Positions 36,643 through 43,831 of a stretch of 43,831 nt of DNA are shown here, piece after piece. The stretch's first letter is position 1. Each line of letters starts with the position of its first letter. The notes beneath the pieces are model-generated. The model did no database searches. It saw only the letters and a list, made by a program, of their open reading frames with translations, and was not told the origin of the DNA. The position numbers and the translations under genes are program-made. Source of the DNA: a virus (lineage: Duplodnaviria > Caudoviricetes); IMG/VR virus record IMGVR_UViG_3300022930_000006, positions 1 to 43,831 of that record; one strand, given 5' to 3'.

Positions 36643-36825
36643 CCTGGAAGCAAGGCCAGGCTCAAGATGGGTCAAGGGCGCGAGTGTTATCAAACACAAC
36701 TGGTAGGTGTAGTGTTGCCCTTTGGGACACTGAAAGGCGCATAATGTGGGTCATGCAACGGCACAAAGGCTAACACTTTGCTTATCAGGCAATATAAAGT
36801 AACAAATGTAAAGGGGTAACGGGAC

Positions 36826-37068
36826 ATGTTTGAAGTATTTAACTGTAGCACAGGAAAAGTAGTACAACATTGTAAGGACGCCAAAGAGGCACACATAGCA
36901 AAACAACAACAAGAACTAGCACACGTCTGGATTGACGGGACTAAGTTCAGTTTTAGGAGCATGGATGAGAGTGATAGTAGAGAGCTTAAACGCCGACAAC
37001 AAGCCCGTCGTGTACGAGCAAGAGGTGGAAAGCTTCACCGTGTTGACCGCTTTCGATTTGCTGGCTAA
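36826..37068 (+). CDS. Hypothetical protein
   Basis: 80 aa with purine-rich RBS. Confidence 0.65.
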   Translation: MFEVFNCSTGKVVQHCKDAKEAHIAKQQQELAHVWIDGTKFSFRSMDESDSRELKRRQQARRVRARGGKLHRVDRFRFAG

Positions 37069-37118
37069 TTTTGCCGCTGATAACGAGAATAATAACATTA
37101 AGAGGATATATATAGAAG

Positions 37119-37304
37119 ATGAATAGATACACAATTGCAGCATGGCTACTGAGCCTACCCGTACTGTACATATTGATGACGGCGATGATGGGGGCAGAAT
37201 ACACAGACACACAGCTAGGGGCGACATTTACTTACGCAATTTTTCCGATTTGTGCATGGTTCATAGCTCTACACATGTCTGAAAAGAAGTACCCACGGCG
37301 ATGA
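37119..37304 (+). CDS. Small two-TM membrane protein
   Basis: Two hydrophobic segments; SD AGAGGA. Confidence 0.65.
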   Translation: MNRYTIAAWLLSLPVLYILMTAMMGAEYTDTQLGATFTYAIFPICAWFIALHMSEKKYPRR

Positions 37305-37483
37305 AAATAGTAGAGAAGCGCAAGATCAATAGCGATATCTGGACCTGGTTACTGTTTACAGTAGTCTGGGCATTTATAGCATTCATCGCATACAACACAG
37401 GATATAAAGACGGACGGGATAACGTTCAATCATTAACAGGAAAGGTAACAATCAATGACAGGCATGATGCCCGACAAAACTAA
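37301..37483 (+). CDS. Small single-pass membrane protein
   Basis: ATGA overlap; TM then YNTGYKDG. Confidence 0.65.
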   Translation: MKIVEKRKINSDIWTWLLFTVVWAFIAFIAYNTGYKDGRDNVQSLTGKVTINDRHDARQN

Positions 37484-37811
37484 AGAGGAGTACGAGAAAC
37501 TATTTGTTTATGGTATCTTCCTCGGCGAAGGAATGCGAAACGCATACGAAATGAAGAACCCAAGCTATAGCACCGTGCCACAATACGTGACCGTTGGTGA
37601 AGGTATCGTACAAGCCGTTAAGGTGGACGCTAAGGGCGTTGCACTCACAGGATTACTTGTTGATGTACCCAAGAGTGTATGGCCACGACTGGACCGCTTA
37701 GAAACAGGCTACAGTCGCGTCAGAGTAAAGACACACGGCAACACAACGGCATTCATGTACGCAGTTGCTAACGACGGTGGCTACAACCACAGCACAGTCA
37801 AATCATATTAA
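37464..37811 (+). CDS. Gamma-glutamylcyclotransferase (AIG2-like) family protein
   Basis: LFVYG...V.G.L......RLDRLE.GYSRV.V......AFMY motif. Confidence 0.8.
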   Translation: MMPDKTKEEYEKLFVYGIFLGEGMRNAYEMKNPSYSTVPQYVTVGEGIVQAVKVDAKGVALTGLLVDVPKSVWPRLDRLETGYSRVRVKTHGNTTAFMYAVANDGGYNHSTVKSY

Positions 37812-37829
37812 AAACAGGAGGGCATACAA

Positions 37830-38600
37830 ATGAAACCATTTCCACGAGAAGCAGACCTTAAAGCGGTCCGACACATTGGTATTGAAAGTGAGCTATTAGT
37901 AACCACGGGTAACTATCAGCGAGTCACCCAAGCCGTACAGAATAAGATCAACAAGCGAGGCATGCTACAAAGTGTTGGCATGGATGGCGGGGGGCGAGAA
38001 TTTAGGACTCAACCGATCAGTATCAAATCATTACACCAAGTAAGGGGTGCTCAGTATCTTAAAGAATACTTTGACATGCTAAAGAGCATGACGAACGTGA
38101 TAGAAAGCGGCGGAACTCACCTGCATATCTCAGTGTTAGACAGTGACCACCCAAACATGGAAGCAAACGCAGTCGCACTCGGTGTATCATTCTTTGAACA
38201 GTTCCAAAAGATTAGCGGACGCAATACTCACTGGGCTGACGATTTCTCCCGGCACTTTGGAACTGAACGCAACATTGAATCAATTACAGACTACATATCA
38301 CGATCAAAATCGGGCGGACGTAGAGCTTTTTACTGTAAAGGTAGCATGATCGGACCAACAACACACCAAACGCTAGAGTTTCGAGGACCAAAGGGCAGTA
38401 ATGATGCTGATGAAATCCTAGCATGGGCACAGTTTGTAGAGAACGTGGCCAAGGTTGCTAACCGCGAAAGCGTACACGGTGTTGAATTCCGCGAGCTACT
38501 CGAAGGTGAGCGCATTAGTGCTTACGTCGATAAGCTACCGCGTGATCGTAAGATACGTGTTAAAGATCTACGAAAGAAGCTGGACACAGCCCACCTATAA
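37830..38600 (+). CDS. Putative amidoligase (COOH-NH2 ligase fold) 1
   Basis: IGIESE, DGGGREFRTQP, GGTHLHIS and TLEFR motifs. Confidence 0.8.
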   Translation: MKPFPREADLKAVRHIGIESELLVTTGNYQRVTQAVQNKINKRGMLQSVGMDGGGREFRTQPISIKSLHQVRGAQYLKEYFDMLKSMTNVIESGGTHLHISVLDSDHPNMEANAVALGVSFFEQFQKISGRNTHWADDFSRHFGTERNIESITDYISRSKSGGRRAFYCKGSMIGPTTHQTLEFRGPKGSNDADEILAWAQFVENVAKVANRESVHGVEFRELLEGERISAYVDKLPRDRKIRVKDLRKKLDTAHL

Positions 38601-38635
38601 CATAATACTTCTGTCGAAAGGAGAACATAAAACAC

Positions 38636-39739
38636 ATGGCAATTAAATATCAATCAGCTATCAAGGCTATTCAAGATGCAGGATTTACTCACATCAAGGT
38701 AGAGCTTGAAGGACACCTAAGGCGTGGAAGTCGTGGCGTAGTCGATGGCTACCACCTCGGCGATGACGACGACTGTGAAAGGTTCCTCAAGGATCAATTA
38801 TCAGCTGAAACAAAGCGTAAGATAAACTACATGCGCTTTTACAATGATGGATCAGTAGACAGCGAGGTAACATTCACCCTACCCGTTCAACACTCGGAGA
38901 TTATTGTGGAAGTAATCCAAGCCTGGAATCAACTAGTAGAGGCTAACGGTGGAACTTGTGACGTTAATGGAGCAGGCATGCACATTGCAGTCCTACCAAC
39001 AGCGACATATCCCTCACCCGGTCAATTGCCAGCTGATAAGGTTCGAAACTTTAAGAGTGAAGTGACAAAACTACTACCAGCACTGTATATTGCAGCAACC
39101 AGTGGTGATTTCACCCGAGGTCTACGATTCCGACAGGCAGCAGTAAGCTCAGGAACTAAGTATTCAGCTATCTACTTGCGTAACGACGCATCAATTGAAT
39201 ACCGACTGTTTGAGACTTGTTACCAACGACCCGAGGCAGTGTTTGAATTTATCGGAGTAATTGCCCGTACACTTGAGTACTACACCGACCCGACCAAGAA
39301 GGTTGAGTCAACTGGTGAAGTGTTCAGTATCTACGAAGGTGAAGGACTAAAGGGTTACACCTCCTTCTCGACTCAGATCAAGATTCTTAAACGCCAATTC
39401 AAATACGTTCAGCCAGAAGGTATGACGGTCCGTGAGTTCATGGAATGCCGAAATATCAACCTCACATTAAAATCAACGAGGGAAAAGGAGGCCGGACGCA
39501 TAGCAAAACTCAAGCTATCGTACCAAGAGCGCAAGAAAGCTCATGAAAAAGTACGAAGCGAACCGCTTAATCAGTTTCATCTGGATAACATCGAGTACTG
39601 GAAAAGCGTTGAACCGAACCACCCGGAAGATTTTTACTGGGAGCGCGTTACTGGTCACAAGGCAAAGATTGAAACGGAAAGAGCCTATATTGATAATAAC
39701 TTAGTCACGAGTAGTGCAATCGCTACCGTGAGAACATAG
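38636..39739 (+). CDS. Putative amidoligase (COOH-NH2 ligase fold) 2
   Basis: KVELE, DGSVDSE, AGMHIAV, KYSAI and SIEYRLF motifs. Confidence 0.75.
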   Translation: MAIKYQSAIKAIQDAGFTHIKVELEGHLRRGSRGVVDGYHLGDDDDCERFLKDQLSAETKRKINYMRFYNDGSVDSEVTFTLPVQHSEIIVEVIQAWNQLVEANGGTCDVNGAGMHIAVLPTATYPSPGQLPADKVRNFKSEVTKLLPALYIAATSGDFTRGLRFRQAAVSSGTKYSAIYLRNDASIEYRLFETCYQRPEAVFEFIGVIARTLEYYTDPTKKVESTGEVFSIYEGEGLKGYTSFSTQIKILKRQFKYVQPEGMTVREFMECRNINLTLKSTREKEAGRIAKLKLSYQERKKAHEKVRSEPLNQFHLDNIEYWKSVEPNHPEDFYWERVTGHKAKIETERAYIDNNLVTSSAIATVRT

Positions 39740-39749
39740 GAGCACCATT

Positions 39750-41171
39750 ATTTGTGGATTAGTATATGCTAAAAGTCTATCTGGCAATCATGACGTCACG
39801 AAGATCGTCCTTAATCGGTTTGAGACTCAACGACAACGTGGTACTACCAGCTTTGGCTTTTACCTACCAACACAAGACAAATTAGTTCACAACATTAAAG
39901 AAACTCGCATCAAGGCGCTTCTAAAGAGGACCCGAGGCGAGAACATGGAGGTAATGTTCCACCACAGGTATGCAACATCCACCCCGGATGTACGCAATGC
40001 CTGTCACCCATTCAGTACAAAGGATCTTTTCGATCACGAGTATATCGGGATGCACAACGGTGTTATTAATAACCCTTGGCAACTCAAAGCGATGCACGAA
40101 AAGCAGGGTGTTAAGTACGTCAGCTTACAACCGAAGAATACGAGTGGTATTGAGAAGTTTAACGACTCTGAGGCACTACTATATGATCTAGCTAACTACT
40201 TTGAAGGTAAAGTCGAGAAGCTCACAGCTTACGGCAATAACGCCTTTATCGTAACCAAGGTAGATGCAGAAGGTAAACCAGTCACACTATACTTCGGACA
40301 CAATACGGGCAACCCTCTTGTAATGAAGAAGAGCAAGACAACCATGGTGATTTCGTCACTCGGTGATGGTAAACCTGTCCCACCAAACGTACTGCACAAG
40401 TTCGATTACAAGACAAACCAGATCACCACTGAACCAATGGAGATTCCTCTTTTTTCCTCCTATCAGTCAGCCAGTGTCAACCACACGACTGCTAAACCTG
40501 GCTTTGGGTCTGGCTATAGGAGTGGCGGTGCTGGCCGAAACGCTAACCGCTTTCCACAGTACGAAGACGACGACTTCGACTGGCAAGCATGGCAAGCGGA
40601 CCAAGACCGAACAATCGACGCTAGGATTCGAGCTAATCGACGAGCCAACGAAATTGTTGACGAAGCCTTCGAGAGGCACGGATTTGGAGAGTATACTGAA
40701 AAACTCGATGACGGACTAACCGACGAAGAAGAAGACGCAATGTTAGAAGCTGCTTTGCAAGAGCTAGATGCCGAAGAACGCCAAGAATACGCGGAAGATT
40801 ACTTTGGCTATTCTAAAGGCGAGTTCGTTATCCGTGCTGGCACACAGTCGCAAATCATGTCTCAGATTCTCACCGAAGCAGAAGGCAACCTTCACAAGGC
40901 AATGCAAAAAGCCCGTGGAGAACAAGCCGGAGCATTAGAAGAAGTTGACCGTCTTAACGATATGAAACTTGACTCTGATGACGAGAAAGCGCTTGAAGCT
41001 ATCAGCTACTACAGCTTGATTAGTGACTATGCAGTCAGTCTATCGGAAATCGGTGACGAACTGTTACGACTTGCTCAATTGGAAGCAGACAAGGAGGACA
41101 AAGGCGCTGACGCCCTCTTGTTTCAAATACCAGCGAACCTTAAACCAACCAGTAAAAACCTCACTGCATAG
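39750..41171 (+). CDS. Class II (Ntn) glutamine amidotransferase with acidic C-terminal extension; ATT start
   Basis: Frame is open upstream of 39945 to ATT-TGT-GGA (xCGLV); QRG..SFG, HHRYAT, NACHPF, HNGVINN and DSE motifs. Confidence 0.85.
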   Translation: MCGLVYAKSLSGNHDVTKIVLNRFETQRQRGTTSFGFYLPTQDKLVHNIKETRIKALLKRTRGENMEVMFHHRYATSTPDVRNACHPFSTKDLFDHEYIGMHNGVINNPWQLKAMHEKQGVKYVSLQPKNTSGIEKFNDSEALLYDLANYFEGKVEKLTAYGNNAFIVTKVDAEGKPVTLYFGHNTGNPLVMKKSKTTMVISSLGDGKPVPPNVLHKFDYKTNQITTEPMEIPLFSSYQSASVNHTTAKPGFGSGYRSGGAGRNANRFPQYEDDDFDWQAWQADQDRTIDARIRANRRANEIVDEAFERHGFGEYTEKLDDGLTDEEEDAMLEAALQELDAEERQEYAEDYFGYSKGEFVIRAGTQSQIMSQILTEAEGNLHKAMQKARGEQAGALEEVDRLNDMKLDSDDEKALEAISYYSLISDYAVSLSEIGDELLRLAQLEADKEDKGADALLFQIPANLKPTSKNLTA

Positions 41172-41188
41172 AATAGGAGAGATAGCTC

Positions 41189-41710
41189 ATGAAAGATTAC
41201 GATTATCACAGCCTGTTCTATTACGAGATACTGGCAAAGTTACAGGAGTACAGGGACGGGAGCGGGCAACCACTGTCTGGACCAAAGAAAGCAAGCAAAG
41301 AGTTCGAGTTTTCGGTGGCATACCTGCCGAAGACAGAGCGGTTCCGATACAATTACCTACGAGATAAGTTTGTTGCTGAACGTGACAAGCTGCTAATCGC
41401 CCATAAAGGTGACCACTATATCGTCCTGATGCGCGTAGCACGTCACGAGGATAAGGCGATCTTATACAAGAAAGCCATGAAATACCTCTTCGGCAAGAAT
41501 ATCGTCGTCGCACAACGTGAGCTGATCGGCATGATGGAAAAGTTCTATGATCTTACCATCGCCCCAGGCTCATCAGGTCTTACGAAGGTAGACTTCGGAC
41601 GTACACACGAAGAAGAGAACAACTACAACGTTGACTACCCCTTCCAAAAAAAGGAAGTGGCTGAGCGTCGTTTCAACCCCTATGATGGCCTCGGCACAAT
41701 CAGTTTTTAG
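41189..41710 (+). CDS. Hypothetical protein
   Basis: SD AGGAG; 173 aa. Confidence 0.8.
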   Translation: MKDYDYHSLFYYEILAKLQEYRDGSGQPLSGPKKASKEFEFSVAYLPKTERFRYNYLRDKFVAERDKLLIAHKGDHYIVLMRVARHEDKAILYKKAMKYLFGKNIVVAQRELIGMMEKFYDLTIAPGSSGLTKVDFGRTHEEENNYNVDYPFQKKEVAERRFNPYDGLGTISF

Positions 41711-41900
41711 GCGTTTGATCGACCAGTACATCAGATAATCACGAGGGCGGAGGTAGGGACCCTATAAACATTACTCAGTCGTTGACGAAAACTATAGTCG
41801 TTATAGGTTTATGGGGCGTGATTCATCAAAGCTTGCAGGATATTCATCGCTTGGTGGGTATCTTGCAAGTGATTCGCAATTATTAAAGAAAGGAGGGCGT

Positions 41901-42512
41901 ATGCCAATATCAATCAATATAACAGACGATCTAGTAGACTTTGGATTTGGCTACGTGCTCAACCGAAGAATGTCAGACACTGATTATATCCATCGGCTAT
42001 ACAACATTATGCTTAGCGATCCGCGATTCGGACCTGAACAAATCCAAGAGATCAGACAGGCCATAGCCCCTCTGCTCGGTGAAGCCGAAAACAGAGAACG
42101 ACAAGAACGTCACCAACAGCTTGAACGTGAAATGCGGGCAAGAGCTATGTATGACATATCTCCCGGACAGATATATCGCTACAACCGAGGCGAGGCTATG
42201 ATGGCTGTCGATATGGTTGATTCTGATGGTATAGAGCCACCTCAAAGAGTTGAGATTGATCCTTCGATGTACGAGCGTTGGACTATTTCTCCTCCTGTTA
42301 GAAGTAGCTTCCAAAGTGGACGAACTTGCTCAGAAGCTCAACAGCTAGACGTTTGGCGTAATGAAAAGGGCAGCGTCAAAGCAATTGATAAGATGACCAA
42401 ACGAGATCTCAAGAACGCTGTCAAACAATTAGAAGACGGCTGGACCTGCGCCGGGCAGCAGCATAAGATCGTTTCATTGAAGCGGGTATTAAAGGAGAAG
42501 TACAATGTTTAA
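41901..42512 (+). CDS. Paralogue family member 1 (KIxSLK C-terminal domain)
   Basis: Start MPISIN after AAGGAGG. Confidence 0.8.
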   Translation: MPISINITDDLVDFGFGYVLNRRMSDTDYIHRLYNIMLSDPRFGPEQIQEIRQAIAPLLGEAENRERQERHQQLEREMRARAMYDISPGQIYRYNRGEAMMAVDMVDSDGIEPPQRVEIDPSMYERWTISPPVRSSFQSGRTCSEAQQLDVWRNEKGSVKAIDKMTKRDLKNAVKQLEDGWTCAGQQHKIVSLKRVLKEKYNV

Positions 42513-42876
42513 ACGTGGTGACATGGTAATAGTAACCCTTGGACAATCTGGTTTCGGCTGGGGCAGCCAAATGGACCACATGCCAGACAAGCCCCGGCGA
42601 GTTGTCAGTCCGACTAAAGTCACTAGCACGGGAACCTACTGTGTGATGGTAGATGACGGTACGGGCAATGAGTGGGCTTTCTACAATACCGACCTGATAC
42701 CAGCATCACTACCTGTTGAACAGTTCTTTTACGAAGGCGATGCCTGGAGCATTGATAAAATGACCAAAGCACAACTAATGGTTTGCATTAGAAAGTTGGA
42801 GCGCGGTGAAGAAGACTGGCAGGCGAGCAAAATCGTATCACTCAAACGAGTACTGGAGGAAAAACGTGCCAAGTAA
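42505..42876 (+). CDS. Paralogue family member 2 (SH3-like N-terminus plus KIxSLK domain)
   Basis: MFKRGDMV... N-terminus; IDKMTK...KIVSLKRVL. Confidence 0.8.
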   Translation: MFKRGDMVIVTLGQSGFGWGSQMDHMPDKPRRVVSPTKVTSTGTYCVMVDDGTGNEWAFYNTDLIPASLPVEQFFYEGDAWSIDKMTKAQLMVCIRKLERGEEDWQASKIVSLKRVLEEKRAK

Positions 42877-43180
42877 GACATTACACAAGACAATCCAGAT
42901 CAGAACAGGGTACGACTATATGGGTTGGTACTGGGATAGGACCAATATCCGGGCAATGCTACGCAGACAATATTACAAGGAAGAAAAGATCCAACTAAAA
43001 CACAAGCACCTTGAATATTGGATTGACTTAGACGGAAAAGGTGTTCTAATAACTGAAGTATCAGATCACGTTCTCAATAAGGCGATCGAATGGCTCGAAA
43101 AGGGCTATGTCTGCTGGGGACAACAAGCCAAGATAATCACTCTTAAGAAAGAAAAGGAGAGACGAGATGCCAATAAGTAG
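42866..43180 (+). CDS. Paralogue family member 3
   Basis: GTG start after GGAGG; LEKG..CWGQQAKIITLKKE. Confidence 0.75.
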   Translation: MPSKTLHKTIQIRTGYDYMGWYWDRTNIRAMLRRQYYKEEKIQLKHKHLEYWIDLDGKGVLITEVSDHVLNKAIEWLEKGYVCWGQQAKIITLKKEKERRDANK

Positions 43181-43517
43181 CGCTAACGACTTTGCACAAT
43201 CAGAGACAATGCGCACCATGGGTGAGTATTTCGCCCGGCAATACCAAAACGCGGGACCAGCTAGGTATTCTAACCGCTTTTTCTTTGGTGAGAGCAGGTT
43301 TGAACGGCCAGACACACCAATGACGGCAAAAGATTGCCCGGTGGACTCATGGAAGACGTCTGAGGGCAAGAAGATCAAGATTGTGAAGCTCGAAACGCCT
43401 CACTTGGCCTCGATCGTAGCCCTTTTACTAAGGAACGAGAAGGACGGGAAGAAAAACCCGCAACGAAGCAAGATAATTTCACTCAAAAAAGAGCTGGTAA
43501 AGCGCTTATCGGAGTGA
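43167..43517 (+). CDS. Paralogue family member 4
   Basis: SD AAGGAG; WKTSEG...HL...QRSKIISLKKEL. Confidence 0.8.
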   Translation: MPISSANDFAQSETMRTMGEYFARQYQNAGPARYSNRFFFGESRFERPDTPMTAKDCPVDSWKTSEGKKIKIVKLETPHLASIVALLLRNEKDGKKNPQRSKIISLKKELVKRLSE

Positions 43518-43620
43518 TAAAGTGGTAAGCATGACAATTAACCTACCGAATTTGACATGGGGAAGCCAATATGGTATTATTTCCCTATCAAAGCTTGGTA
43601 GTTTTGAGTCATCTAAAGAG

Positions 43621-43655
43621 AGCCACCCTTCCGCGTAAAAACGGAGGGGCTTTTT
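43621..43655 (+). terminator. Intrinsic terminator
   Basis: CCCTTCCG/CGGAGGGG stem followed by CTTTTT. Confidence 0.7.
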
Positions 43656-43704
43656 AGTTCAACAAACCATCTCGCGGGCTTCTCGATCTACCGTTTCACC
43701 TAAA

Positions 43705-43831
43705 TCGAACCGTCGCCTCTACTAAAATACCTCGCTCTGACCTACCGCCCGTCAACGAGGTCTCTGGTGTGGAGGGGACAAACATACAGTTATACGCCAA
43801 GGGGGGTAAGAGTCCCGAAAGCAGAGGACTG
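43705..43831. repeat. Terminal direct repeat, copy 2
   Basis: Identical to 1-127. Confidence 0.95.

Noticed and set aside
36598-36645. A genuine tRNA gene
   Set aside because: No D-arm, anticodon arm or CCA; kept only as a minihelix candidate.
228-43517. Alternative genetic code (stop-codon reassignment)
   Set aside because: Genes are intact and densely packed under the standard code, and TAA, TAG and TGA all act as stops.
43705-43831. 127-bp terminal repeat as a biological DTR
   Set aside because: The length equals a standard assembly k-mer and the copies are exact. It shows circularity, not the true virion ends.

Overview
The window is an apparently complete, circularly assembled tailed-phage genome of 43,704 bp; bases 1-127 are repeated exactly at 43705-43831. 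The minus-strand arm (about 34.7 kb down to 7.1 kb) carries a podovirus-type virion module: TerS, TerL, portal, scaffold, major capsid, adaptor, nozzle, fibre-like proteins and ejection proteins. It ends in an M23-endolysin lysis cassette. The plus-strand arm (about 35.8 kb through the junction to 6.3 kb) carries early and recombination genes: PD-(D/E)XK nuclease, SSB-like protein, HNH and RusA. It also holds a four-gene peptide-modification cluster (gamma-glutamylcyclotransferase-like, two amidoligases and a class II glutamine amidotransferase that appears to start at ATT) and four tandem paralogues sharing a C-terminal domain. I recognise no integrase, polymerase, helicase or primase. The strand-switch region holds an 11-6-11 dif-like site, a perfect DnaA box and a G-run tract. 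The most striking feature is the amount of structured non-coding sequence. At least ten elements are each closed by long stems whose G-U pairs define the transcribed strand. They include a tiled block at 35.6-36.8 kb (a gene pair bracketed by a 27-bp inverted repeat, a ~350-nt pseudoknotted RNA and a tRNA-minihelix) and a second array at 6.27-7.08 kb. All protein calls come from motif recognition by eye; no searches were run and the host is unknown.
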